A stretch of DNA of 64,000 bases from Lingula anatina. Its lineage: Eukaryota; Animalia; Brachiopoda. The notes under the pieces were generated by a model. It saw only the letters and a program-made list of their open reading frames with translations, did not search any database and had not been told where the DNA came from. A program made the translations under genes and the position numbers. Numbering within the stretch: position 1 is the stretch's first letter; each line of letters starts with the position of its first letter. Location of the stretch: positions 49,578,788-49,642,787 of the forward strand of contig CM120640.1 of the NCBI GenBank assembly GCA_051362555.1, written 5' to 3'. Positions 1-29,907 of this stretch are shown here, one piece after another.

Positions 1-133
1 ACATAATATTTTTAAAGCTGTAAGTATATGTATGAAGATAATATTGTTACATGACAAACAAACCTTTGGAAGCACAATTATAAGAAATCAACTGTTTTAA
101 TATTCCTGCACCACTGTGGGCAACAGCATGTTG

Positions 134-3100
134 CTACTGTATGCTGCAATTTGACTGCACTGAGCAACAAGTGCATCTGTCAGAGTATAATTTGGCTGGT
201 GGAATAAGATCCAGCTCTTCATTGTCTGATACAAGATCTAGGTTATAACCATCCTTGACTAACTGTTCTGCAATTTCACGATTGGTTGTATGTGACAGGT
301 GAAGGTCAAATTCGTCTTCATCACTGAAAATGTAAAGATGAGCTTTTTAATGATAAATATATATGCAGCTGACATATGTTATATTCCTTGCTTATTTTCA
401 CACAGAGGCCACCTTCCTTTGCAGTCAACCATTAATACCCCTTATCTTATATCAAATTGAATTTTCTTTAATCAATTTATTGTGCATTTAGAGGCTGTGG
501 AGGTAAATCAAATAATTTTATTGAGCACCAGTCTCTCTCTTTCTGGAAAAATGTCTGAAATTGCCATGCCTTGCAAAATATCAACTATGATCAACTGATT
601 ATCCTACCTCCCATCTGTAGGAATAGCAACTAAAAGCTGTGTTTGTTCTTCTTTTGTTGCCTTTGGAATGTCTTGTCTGCTCGGTATTTTTAATCTGAAA
701 AATAATTTTAATTTATCAAATATTTAATAAGCCGCAGGCACAGGTTTCTTTTCTTTCTATATCGAGGAAAATTTTAAGTATAACACAAGTGAACAATTCT
801 GTGAACAAAAATTTATCAACACAGAATGTTAAAAGTGTATTATGATTCACAATACCATGCACTGACAGTGCAATATACTCAAAAGTTTATTTTCAATCAA
901 GTTATTTGAATTAGGTTCATGCAGACAATTCAAGGGAAATATCATTGTCTCAAGTCTTGCAGTTTTCTTTTTTAACAGACCAAACCTGTATCTGGAAGAC
1001 AAGTTACATCAATTTTACTTAAATCATGGGCCTGTTTAAGATTCGCATTCTTAATATGTCAAGTGTCAAAACAGCACAGATAGTCAGTATAAATTCTCCA
1101 AACAAAAATGTTAGCATAAGAAATCATCAGAATTAAGATGGCATTGAGGAAAAGCCAACTCCTTAAAATTGTGAGGAAAATTAGGGTTATCTAAAAGCAT
1201 TAAATCATTACCTACCGACTTCTACTGAGAAGATTCTTTCTTGGTTGTGTGTCTATTGCACTTGCTTGGGATTTTTTCATTAAATCTCTTTGCTTTTCTA
1301 AAAAGTTAAATACAGGATTGTAAGTTGTAACAGTCATGTGATCAGTAAAAACCTGCTAAAAATAAGTATTTTTAACATGGCACCTCTGTTATTTCCATAG
1401 CAGTTCTTATATATGTGTAATCTTTGTATGCAATACAAATATAAAATATAAATGTAATTTATGCTGAAAACAAACCTTATTCTTGAATAAAGAATGAAAA
1501 TATACAAGATCTTCAGCTAGGTAAAAAAAGAAGAAATTTGAATACATTCATGTTTACTACTTCCAACAGAATGTGATGGCAAATTCTTGTTTAGAACTTG
1601 CTCTTACCACCTGCTGGTAAAAAAAATCCAAGTATCTAGGCAGTACTGACAGTAGCTTCAATTTTTAACAGATTATGTACTATTATATCCTAAAAGGACC
1701 AAAAATAAAAGACTACTCCAAACTTCATCATAAAATATATGTTCAAGGCTTGTTGCCATCTTTACCTATTTTTTTCTGTAACTCTGTTGTCCTCTTTGAT
1801 GATTTCAGAGATGGTGCATAATTTCCTGTGGCCTAAAAAGATAAATGTAACAAAAATTTACCGATTTCACATAAAAACATCAGTCATCATGAATGAGAAT
1901 GTCTAATAAGTACTATGAACACATGGGGGAAAAAAGAAATAACCAGGCAATGAACATTAGAGACAAATGAGAGACCAAGGCTGTGAAAGAAATAATTAAA
2001 CATCTACCAGTATAAAAGTTTCATTACTAACATCACAGGACCCACTTCGGACAAGAATGACAATTTTTCTGGCAGTGTAGTTCTAGTAGTGGATTGCTCT
2101 ATAAATATGAAATTTGGCACACATCAGGAAGGAAAAGTACTGTATATGATCCCACAGAAGCAGCCATTAGTTAATTTGATAGTAAGTTAATTTGATAGTC
2201 TTATGCTATGTATTACATAACTTTTAATTTGGAGCACTTGATGCCACTTGCACAGTACCCATTTTGGAAACTTATTTATTAATTAAATCATTGTGTGTTA
2301 AAGAATGAATGCAGCTGCATGGAATAAAATTAAATCACTTGAAATTCATCAACCACTCTAACTTTAGTATAAACTTCATGCTTAAAAGATGATACTAACA
2401 GTCATTGTTGTTAAGAAAATGAATTGCTACTTAAAGGGTTTGCTTCATGCCGTCAGAATGGCCTGAACGGAACATATTCTTCAGAAAACATGCCCAACTA
2501 ACGATATCTTTATCCAAATACACAAATTAAAAGCTCATTTTGTAAATTTTTGGCTTTAAAAAACGTCCTATTTGCTCGGCCTGGGAGTTAATGAGCTACG
2601 TGGTCACGTGGTCCAATGACGACAATCGAGCCACTGGAGAACAGAGCGTGCTTAGCTGTCAAACTGAGCTGCATTGTCTACCTGTAAGATGACTTCTCTG
2701 GCTTCTGATAAAAGTTTATACTCATTCAAATCTCTTACCCGAGGGGTCTAAATCCTCGTGAAGCTGTGTAAAACCATTTCCCATCTAGTCATTTCTTTAA
2801 CAAGCATTTCATTATGGTTATCCCAAGTTGTATAAAACACTGAATTTGAATGAGTTAAGGGAAATGTTGATTATTGCATATGAGGTCCATGTTATTTGTG
2901 AAATTCAATTTATTTTATTAAACCGCCTTGCATACTTTTATTAAACTGAGGTAAACAATGCCCGTTACCTTTACAAGTCCTATCTTAATCATCCATCTAA
3001 CTGGAACTTCCTTTACCTCTTAATTAGAGGGTTAAATGGCATTCAATTTGTCTTGCTTGTATCGAACGCACTCTCTATCTAAGCTTTACTCCAGTTATCT

Positions 3101-5940
3101 CAGGTAAAAATCTACCTGTGCGTTAGTTACAAAGCGCAGCTCCCGTAGACCTGGGGGTACTAGATAAAATCTGAACACCAGGTTTATCGAGGAGCTAGAG
3201 AAAGAAAGGAAGAATTTTTCCTGCACAACTTCATAGGAATTTTAACACGGACTTGATCCAGCTTAGACCTCCAAACTAACAGGGTGACATGGGCAATTTT
3301 CACAAACAAATCATAAAACTATATTTCAGTTAACCGCCTTTAAAATAAATATACCGTTCTGGGTAAATTAAAATAGTTATTAAATCGCAAGAATATTTTT
3401 GACTTAAATGATGATTTTATTATTAATGGAAATTAAGCTACTATATGAGGTACATTTGCTGTGATTACGCTGTCCTTCATGTTTTGCGTAAGTCTACATT
3501 TTGCTGTATGTGCTTGTAATCTTTTTAAATATGTGCGTACAATTTTTGCAGGTCTGGTTACCCCCCTGTTATGTGATGAGAGTATTAATTTGGCAATTAG
3601 TTCCTTAGCTTATTTGAATAGAATTGCAGTGTAAAATTTTCAACAAGATGTTGGCGAAATAGCCCATTACTCTTTGTAGGTATTTCCCCCGTCAAAGTTT
3701 GTCTAAAATTATCTTTCAATCTTTACTCTTTCAAAGACAGTATAAAGTTACCTGACATATTTTCGTGTAAACTTAATGACAAGCCAAGTGTCTCCAGTTC
3801 ATTCCGTACTCAATTTTACCCAAGCAAATTTTTTTCTTGAGTAGATCTTTATAGCACGGTGTTATAAGCTTACAAATTTGTAAAAAAAAATTTGCGTACT
3901 GACGCAGAATTTGCGTTTCAAGTTATAAAATAATCAATCTTTTAAATTATTTAATATTTCAGATGAAATAATCTTCAGAAACAAATCCTCAAAGCATAAA
4001 CGAATTAGGATAACGAACCATTTTATTATAGCAGTTCCCATTTTTTCTTTAATATAACGCTCTTTTTCCTGTTTTTCCTCAACACGTTTTCTTCCACGGA
4101 AGCTTCAAGATACCCAGAGAGCAATTTCTTTTATTAATGTTCGCGACCGTGTTTGAACTTAATTGTTTAAGTATTGATATTTAACGTCATTTACAAATAC
4201 CAATAAAATAACCCCATGAAATAAATGAGATATATTGAAAAATATGAAAGCCCACCAAGACGAGTTTCATACCTGTTATTACCTGGCTTGGGAATTACAT
4301 TGCAGCGGATCATAATTAACAGGTTTGTTGTAAACGAGCTTTTGGTCAACTACAATGCATTTAAAATGCATCAGCAATCAGTAAGTTTGCCAACTGATGA
4401 CAGTTAATCTGAAAGACTACCAGCTCTTGATATGATCTAAACCACCTGAGGTGACCATGATCTAGAGCATCGCAACTATTGTCACCGAAGTTAGTAAGTA
4501 AGTCACGGAAGACCGTCACAGACAAAGAAATATTGTCAACGAGAGCTGCAATTTTGGTGAATCCCACGGCAACACACCGAGGCATAACGAAAATTCCTCA
4601 ACTCCGTTCAACACAACTTTCCTTAACTTCTCCGTCTGTATGCAACATGCAGCTCAGTTGAGTCTCGTAGACCTTTATCGTGATTGTCGTCACAGTACCA
4701 CGTGACCCAGATCTGTTGCTTCATTTTTGCATATTGAGGTGAGGTTTACTAAAACGCTTTTTTTTCTACGAATAGATTGTTTTTATAATTTTTAAATGGC
4801 GGGGATCGATTAAAACATACCTCTAGTGTATAGATTGAGTGCTGTATCTTCAAAATTCGAGAAATGGATTTTTACATGAACATTGTCCTTTAACTATGTT
4901 GTGAAAAAGAGTGTCATGCTGGTTGCCTTCATGCAATGCACAGTTTTCAAGTCAACCACCCTTGGTCTTTTATAAAAACTGATTTGAATCTTTAAAATTA
5001 AAAAAAAATTACTGACATACATTTATAGCTAAGAAACTGTCAAACTTACATAGTGCTTAAAGCTTTTGCTGCTAAAAATTTCATTTATAAGGGAAATACA
5101 AATCAAACACAGCACAGTTGGTAACAATCTGGTTTAAATTAAGTGGTCATTTGACCCCAAAACTGCATTACTAATCTGCACTTTCTCTTTTGATTGAGAT
5201 CGGTAAACCATGCATTTTTCATGCCACTCAATTTTCTTTTCAACAGCAATCCATGTATGAACTTCTAAAGTCAAAACTGTGTTTGTGTGACAGAAAAAAA
5301 GTTAAGTTTGTGTAATTTATGCTTGACCTCATCAAATAAATTTATCATTGGCAAAACAACAGGCAACTAATATGAAGAGTTCAAAATGGATCACTGTGTC
5401 CCAAATGGGTCTTGAGACAAAAAATATGAGCACTTTTCAAGGAAATTTCTTATGTATTTGGCTAGTATCTTCACAACAAAATTGTAATAGAGTAATAGTG
5501 GTATGACACATGCATAAAATGTCGATAACATGACAAAATATGGATAACAAATGCAGAGGGGGACAATGTACCCTTGACTGTTTTAAGGTAAGAGGACTTG
5601 ACTTAGGGGATTGGTATGAGATTGCTTTTTTTATCATGTACAAGTACTGTACCCTGCATGTGTGTGTGTGTGTATAAAATGTTAGAACAATGCAATGCCA
5701 CATTATCAACTGGGAATAGTTTTAACCAGTCTGATAGCCACAAAATAAAGGCACAAATATCAAATTATTTACAAAATATACATCTATTCCGCCTTTATTC
5801 TAAAAATAAATTTACTTATCAAATAAAATACCAAGCAATGATATCATACATTTGAGGACTTATAACATGGCACTTACATTTTGTTGGATTTGCGCTGACC
5901 TCTGGTCACTTTCAATCCCACTATCTTCCATGCTGTCCAT
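134..5940 (-). CDS. FAM219A: FAM219 family protein (~162 aa), 5 coding exons: 5878-5940, 1766-1832, 1216-1297, 608-694, 134-323
   Basis: Phase-consistent GT-AG exons give MDSMEDSGIESD...NYAPS...LQKKIEKQRDL...QPRKNLLSRSRLKIP...LVAIPTDGSDEDEFD...QLVKDGYNLDLVSDNEELDLIPP...CTCCSVQSNCSIQ*. This matches recalled FAM219A motifs (NYKPS, EKQREL, QLLKDGYRLD, DLDLIPP, C-terminal CHIQ). Confidence 0.9.
2435..4889. mobile_element. Degenerate Kolobok-like DNA transposon in FAM219 intron 1
   Basis: TTAA flanks at 2431-2434 and 4890-4893; imperfect termini AGGGTTTGCTTCATG / CATGAACATTGTCCT. Subterminal inverted blocks GGTCACGTGGT...GACGACAATC (~2602 vs ~4683-4707) and AACTGAGCTGCAT (~2662 vs ~4647). A minus-strand ORF ending at 4585 starts MPRCVAVG (THAP-like). 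Confidence 0.6.
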
Positions 5941-6156
5941 TTGGTGAAACTACATATGGAGCATAATGTAAAATGTACATGAACAACCATCTGACTTTGC
6001 TCCAAAACAGGAACTGTAGATACGCATGGAATTGTGGGATCCATTTTTAACTGCGCATGCTTGGTTGTCACGGTGACGAGCACCGCCATCTTTCAGATTT
6101 TGTATAAGGCATTTCAATAATCTGCGAAAACTTGTGTTGTAACATATTCTTTGAAA
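5941..6156. promoter_or_regulatory. Compact bidirectional promoter/5' UTR interval shared by FAM219 and DNAI1
   Basis: Only 216 bp lie between the divergent ATGs. Contains NRF1-like TGCGCATGC (6052-6060), RFX X-box-like GTTGTCACGGTGAC (6064-6077) and YY1-like CCGCCATCTT (6083-6092). Confidence 0.75.
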
Positions 6157-21183
<15,027 letters not shown>

Positions 21184-22448
21184 GTAAAGTGCCAATAGTA
21201 CGAAAAAGATACTTTATGTATTTCTTGTGGAATGAAAAGTTGTACCACCTTACAGGAGAAAACTTAAATTATTTTTAATTTTTAAAAGTAGAACCAAGAT
21301 ATAAGGCACCTTGAAAACTGTGATAAATGTTTAAATAAGAGACAGTGCACTGTGTAGTGCAATTTCTGTCCAGCACCCCAAACCCTCTACAAGCTTGTAC
21401 AGTTGTTCTGCAGGGGGATCTACTTAGGTTTGTATTTTCAATAGCAGTAGACCCTTTTTCAGATTTATCAACTTAACAGCACTTCATTCTGACAATACAA
21501 AATGTTAATGTAAAAAGAAAATGCAAATATGTTTGTGTTGTTTATATCTTATGTTTTTATGATCAAAATAAATACAGTTTACAGTACATATGTATCAGGG
21601 TTGATGGAAATATTCACTTATACTCCAGACTCATTTCATGTATCCATGCACTGGCACCCTCTGTGGACCACCTTGTGGCTTTTAAAACTTGACGTTTATC
21701 CCACATGTACAAATTATACATACTCTAACCTTTACTGGACCTTAAGACACCCGTTGATCATCAGTACGCCATAGCTAAAGTAACATCAAATATAAAAGAA
21801 AATATAAGAAAAGAAATATAAAAGTCTCTTTGATTAATTTAAAAGTAGATGAAGCAGTGGTTAAGTGTGTTTTGATAATGTCTCTTGGTTATATGATGAT
21901 ATTTTATCAAATCAACCATTTAGTAACATTTCTGCCTGCCTCAAGTCTGTTCTTGACCAATCTCTCACAACACTTCATTTGCAAGGTTCCTTTTAAACAC
22001 AAAAAGGGGATGAAATTTTATTGAAATAACCTTTAAGGACTTAAATGGAAAGCACGGAATGCATAAGGAATTTATTTATAACATGATGTAAACAATAAAC
22101 CAAACAATAAAAAAAGACAACACAATAAAAAATATGTAAAAAGGCAATTCTCATAAATCCTTGATGTAACAATTTTATTTTAAATAAATATCTAAGTGTA
22201 AGAGGAAAAAGTCATGTAAGACCAATTATAGTGGACTTGGGCAACCATGCAGCCATTTTTTTTTTTTTGTCATAGATAACATTCTAATAGATATAATATT
22301 AATAGATTAAATATTGGCACTTTCTTTTTTTTTAAGACTCCAATTTAATACAGTACTTGCCCATCAGCATACATACTTAACACTCCAGTTTCAATATAAT
22401 CAAATTGTTGGAGTTGTGGCTAAGAATAACTTTTCAGTGGTCACAATA

Positions 22449-24485
22449 TCAGAATTCACACAATTTTTTCTCCTGAACATGAAACATTTCCTTCAAACAC
22501 TTCTTCAGACCAGGTGCTATAGGTAACCTTTCAATACTGTTGTACTTCCTTCCTATTGCTCTCCATATACAAAGCCTGCAAGTGTGCACCAGGCTTTGGT
22601 ATCTTGCTGGCATCAGCTGAAACAAATGAGTTTGACTCTGCAGATCACAGTGTTCTGTATCTTCTACTCCTTCTCCAGATATATGGATCATATGTGGATC
22701 AATCTTATGCCTTACTTTAAGCAGGGAAGGAACTGGATTTTCTAAAGCAGCCTGTGCCGCTTTAAAACTTTCTCTCTTCATGAATGCTGCCAGTAATGCC
22801 ACTGGTTTCAAGAACTGGTCCAATACAATATGCACACATTTTGGTTCATCAGTATATCTGGTCAAAGAAATTCTTAGATTAGAGTCTATGGATGCAATGT
22901 ATTCATTCACAGGAAACCATAACATTGGGATTTCATCCAAGGTCACCTTCTTACTATCTGCCTTGCCATACACAATCTCAGTCACTACCTGCCCAGCCAC
23001 TGTCTCACTTACCACATCACTGACTACTGTCTCACCAGCTACACCACTGACCACTGTCTCACCAACCTCATCACTGACTACTGCGTCACCAACCACATCA
23101 CTGATCACTGTCTCACCAACCTCACCCACAACCCTTGCTTCAGCATCAACAGTCCATTTTTCTTCATCGTTGACCTGGATTTTGAACCCTAAATCTGGAT
23201 CAGCACCATTCCTTATAAAAAGGAGAATTAATCTCTGAAAGAAGTCAACTGTATTTTCTGTTACATTTCTGTCACCAGTTAATCCACTTACACATGTCAT
23301 AAGTCTTAGCAAGAGATGAAAGTGATTAACGACTAACAGCTGGTCTACATGTCCATTGAGCAACAAGGACAAGTACTGGATGACTGTCTCAGAATACACC
23401 TTGAAATGTTCTGGAGGACAGTATCCAAACAGATTCTTCAAAATTTCACAAAATTCAGGAGATTCCATAATAAATTTGTAATGAAGTATCAGCTCTAAGC
23501 ACTTGAAGTGTTCCTCAGAATATTCATTGAACTGCCATATTTTTAACATGGCCTGGTAGATAAGTGTTGCAATGGGACTTGTTGTGTAATCAGTGTTCTT
23601 CACTAAAGCAGAACTACAGGTTACTCCATTATCCAACAAAACTTTAGTCACTTCTAACAAGTGTTTGTTTCTCTGGCTATAAGGCAAGTAACCATCAGAT
23701 GCACTAAACAGAACAGTCAGAGGATGTGCACCATGAAATAAACCCTGTATATTAGCACCGTAATAAAACAGAATCTCCAAACATTTAGCCTGCCTTCTCT
23801 TGATGGCTTCTTCAACTGCCCCTTGCTTCTCCTCCGAGCTGATGTCTGGGTGTTTTCTCAGAATCAACTCCAGGGCTTCACTTGATCCTATAATGCATGC
23901 ACGTTCAATCAAACTTCTACTCCTGGATCTTACAAACTTGGACAAAAGCAGCAGCTGTACACATCTCAGCTGATCTCCCTTTGCTGCTGCATCCAGAGGT
24001 GTAAGCATACATGCTGTCCTTTCATATATTGGGGGCTTAGAATTATACTCACATGTACATAAATTCGGATAGCACAGGTGACCCATTAGAAGATCATTTG
24101 TTTGACTTTCCTCTGTAAGAAACCCAACAATGGCAGTATGACCAGTGTAACAGGCTAACTGGAGGTAGTCATTACATCTGGGTTTATGAGGAGTAGAAAA
24201 ATATCCATGCAAGTGAAAGTACATGACAGCTTCTGTGTTACCAGCCAAAATTGCATGGTGCATGCAATCCAAGCCATCTGCACCCATCCACTGAGTGACA
24301 ACCTGTTTATTGTTACTGCCAATAGCATTCAGCATCTCTTTTAACTCTGGAAGTGGATCACACCTCTGAATAGTCTGCTGTATGGCTAGCATTTGGTCAT
24401 CTAAGTTCACAGCTCCAGTTCTTTGGTGCATAGATTCAGCTCCTGTCATCATATCTTGACAGAAGTTTTGACTGATTTTGTCCAT
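22449..24485 (-). CDS. Ankyrin-repeat and SOCS-box protein (ASB-like, 678 aa), single coding exon
   Basis: Ankyrin motifs (CMHHAILAGNTEAV, LQLACYTGHTAIVGFL, TPLDAAAKGDQLRCVQLLL, LFYYGAN, FIRNGADPD) and a C-terminal SOCS box SLVHTCRLCIWRAIG...IERLPIAPGLKKCL. A splice acceptor just upstream of the ATG implies a 5' UTR intron. Confidence 0.88.
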   Translation of the reverse strand: MDKISQNFCQDMMTGAESMHQRTGAVNLDDQMLAIQQTIQRCDPLPELKEMLNAIGSNNKQVVTQWMGADGLDCMHHAILAGNTEAVMYFHLHGYFSTPHKPRCNDYLQLACYTGHTAIVGFLTEESQTNDLLMGHLCYPNLCTCEYNSKPPIYERTACMLTPLDAAAKGDQLRCVQLLLLSKFVRSRSRSLIERACIIGSSEALELILRKHPDISSEEKQGAVEEAIKRRQAKCLEILFYYGANIQGLFHGAHPLTVLFSASDGYLPYSQRNKHLLEVTKVLLDNGVTCSSALVKNTDYTTSPIATLIYQAMLKIWQFNEYSEEHFKCLELILHYKFIMESPEFCEILKNLFGYCPPEHFKVYSETVIQYLSLLLNGHVDQLLVVNHFHLLLRLMTCVSGLTGDRNVTENTVDFFQRLILLFIRNGADPDLGFKIQVNDEEKWTVDAEARVVGEVGETVISDVVGDAVVSDEVGETVVSGVAGETVVSDVVSETVAGQVVTEIVYGKADSKKVTLDEIPMLWFPVNEYIASIDSNLRISLTRYTDEPKCVHIVLDQFLKPVALLAAFMKRESFKAAQAALENPVPSLLKVRHKIDPHMIHISGEGVEDTEHCDLQSQTHLFQLMPARYQSLVHTCRLCIWRAIGRKYNSIERLPIAPGLKKCLKEMFHVQEKKLCEF
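22975..23133 (-). repeat. Coding 27-bp minisatellite (9-aa VGETVVSDV-like unit, ~5-6 copies)
   Basis: Recurring ACTGTCTCACCA units; peptide VGETVISDV VGDAVVSDE VGETVVSGV AGETVVSDV VSETVAGQV. Confidence 0.8.
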
Positions 24486-24622
24486 TATGTGACCTGAAAA
24501 ATATAAATCCGCATGAGAAAGCTGAAAATTGGACAGAGGTTTAATATAACAAATGTTTAAAATTCATTTTAAAATACTAAACTGATTTTGATGGGGGTTT
24601 ACCTTTCAGCACAATGGTAGAT

Positions 24623-24682
24623 TAATAATGTATTCTAGACTCAAGTCGTTGTACAACGACTTGAGTCTAGAAAACATTATTA
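24623..24682. repeat. 60-bp spacerless palindrome (40-bp perfect core)
   Basis: TAATAATGTATTCTAGACTCAAGTCGTTGT|ACAACGACTTGAGTCTAGAAAACATTATTA, with one mismatched pair. Confidence 0.9.
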
Positions 24683-26174
24683 GACCGCATTCACAACGAA
24701 TTGAGCCAGGCCTTACAAATCCTGGGGACTAAATATGGCGGACGTACATGAAAGGAAAACCGCCTAATCTTTAAATAGTCTCTCCGCCTCTCACACGCCT
24801 CCCCACGCGTCGTCCCTGCGGGGGTACAGTCATTATATCTCGGCTCCATTGGGACTACACACGGGGAGGCGGGACTATCCGAAAACTGGGGCAACAATTT
24901 ACTTAGTTTGTACATGTATTAAATGTATCTGCATCTAAAACAACTCTCTTAATAATATATATGCCCCTTTTATGCTTAGATAATTCGTGTAACAATTTAT
25001 AATGATAATTTACCTGATAACAATATAATGATAACTGACCTGGATGTCAAATAGACTGGCGAAAATCATTTCTCTGGAGTTTTGAGAGGAACATAATTTT
25101 CCTCTTCACGTTCCCCGGGTGATTTCAAATCGAGATTGCTACATCCGCATCCGGGCATCATTGGGGAACAAAATATTGGAGAAGGAGACGTGTCGTTACT
25201 TCAAAGGTCCTTTGAAAAAGTAACTATATTCCTAGCAGAGGGGCGTTCGCTGGCTCTTAGTCAGTCGTAAAGGTAGGGCCTTTAACATGAGTGAACCAAT
25301 GGTTTATATTTAATTTCCTCAGCTTTTTTGGGAGGATGTGGAAATACTGGACAATTCAATGTTTTTGTAACTCAAAGCCAGCTTGAGGTCACAGACACTT
25401 GACGGCTGAGGAGTAGCAAATCGATGATGTGTCTGGTAAAATCGATTACACCGACAGTTTTTATTGAATGGGGTTTTATCCGTACGTTTTCAAAGTGAAA
25501 CTGTAGCTTGTACACATTTACATACCTAAATATCGACCTTGACAGTGAAAGTAAGAATTTTTTTTCAATTTTATGTGCTTGCAAATTTGCCATTTTATTC
25601 GGGATAGTCCCGCATTTAGTGCAAGTTCTCTGCATCAGTTAAATGTTTTAGAGGCCCCCATTACTTAAAAAGTCTCTTTTGCCTGCAGCTTTGCTGGTCC
25701 CGCAATTTCATCAAAATGCATAGCTTGGGGATTTAAATTTTGCAGACTGCATCGCAATGTCCAAAATAATTGTGAAGCATACTGAGTAGAACGTAAATAG
25801 CAATAAAACATGGTTGAGGTCTATTTACTTATTTTTCTGTTTGCATTTTTGAAACATTATTAAATGTGAATTAATTTTAAAAGTCTGATTTCACTTCATT
25901 TAAATGACTTGCCATGTATTTTCTGTATTACATGTTTTTAGACAGTATTATCTTTGCTTTTTAAGCTCAAAATGGCATCAAAATTATTTTTGCTGGCACA
26001 TAGTTAACTTTGTTGTAAATATATTAAGAACAGTAAGGTGGGGGAAGAGTTGTTAATAACGTTTTGTTGTCAATCTGATTTTGACAAGGTTGTGTCATAA
26101 TTTGTATTGTTAATGTGATCATGCTTGCAAATTTACAATATGTTGTAGCTTTTATTTCCATTGCAGCTGTCACC

Positions 26175-28449
<2,275 letters not shown>

Positions 28450-29907
28450 GTTGGATCCTTGAAGAAAATGGCTTTAACTGACAGGCACGAAAGGGAATTT
28501 CTTCATATTGCCTACATATGTATATTTAAGATCAATTTAATTTTGATGTTGGAATATTTGGAATTCAAGACAAATTGCAATCTAAGATAGTTAATAAATT
28601 TTAGTCCAAATGCTATCTTATAAGTCTACAGTTTCAAAAATAAATGTGACCCAAACTGTCATAGGTGTAAAACGAGGCATTTATATTTAACTTGGTATTA
28701 GTGTTCGCCCTTCACAATAATATAAGCCCAAAATAACACTCGGTTTACTGCCAAGTCAAAAATGAATGAGGGTTGTTTTGACTTCTTCACCCATACATAT
28801 ATTTATATATTTTTGTCAGATATTATGTATACAATGGGGAAGGTTTAGGTATCATGTATATCTCAAAGGCATCTTGAGAAGGTGAATGGGTTATTTATTT
28901 GTTTGTTTATTCATGTCTGCTTTTCAATGTTATGAGTGTGCATGTGTATTTCTTTTCTTTTTTTTTTTTTTAATTTGAAAAGGAACATACAACTTGTGAA
29001 GTCATAAGTTGATATATTGTCAAGGTTGGTCATTTCTGTGGTGACGTAGTGCAATGACGTATTGGATTTTCACCTGAAAATGGTCATAATCAGTATTATG
29101 ACAAGTTTTGACAAAAAACTCCTGGTACCTGAAACACAATACTAAAGTGATCTCACAGAAAAGTGTTTATTTGACCATTTTGCCTTGACACTTTGCATAT
29201 TTGTAAGTCTGGTATCTTTCTAAATATTTTAATCTGTACCACAAATGGGTTGTCTTCAACAATCTATTCAGAAAACCCCTGTTCATCAGAAAGTGTTAGG
29301 TGAAATATCAAAAGTTCTTGTAATTTTTATTTTATACAGATAAAATTTTATACAGATAAAATAAAAATATTCTTGACTGAAGTATTGTGTGTGTTTTCAA
29401 TTTTTGGTAAGTGTTCCAAAACGTATGCATTATTAGTTTGCTGTATGTTAAAATTATAAAACCATTGCATCTGTAATTGGGGAAACTTATCCCTGCTGAT
29501 CTTAATATATTTTTAAAATGTATAAAATATTTTAAACATCTTCCCTGATAGCAACGAACATGGTATTTTAAAAGGTCCCAGTGGACAGCTGCACAAAATG
29601 TTGAAATTATAGCTATTACCCTAAACCTGGGATGTATTAGTTTAAAAAATCTTTCAAACACTAACCATTAAGTACAAAATGTAATAAAATACTAAAAAAA
29701 AAGGATATTTTTTATGGGACTTGCTAACACCCTTTCACTAAAAAGGTACTTCTAAAATTCACCCTTGCAAATCACCCACTGGACATTTCATATCCAAATT
29801 AAAACATTAACGTTCACTTATATATGTACAAACTGTGCTTAAGTAAATGTAATCCACTTAGTTTACATACAATGCAGAGAATGAAGGCTTTTTTTATTCC
29901 ATAAAAC

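Noticed and set aside
22449-22463. ASB C-terminus KKLCEF as a prenylation signal
   Set aside because: The Cys is at position -3, not -4, so it is not a CaaX box.
22780-23238. 152-aa Thr/Ser-rich mucin-like ORF on the + strand
   Set aside because: Antisense shadow of the ASB coding minisatellite.
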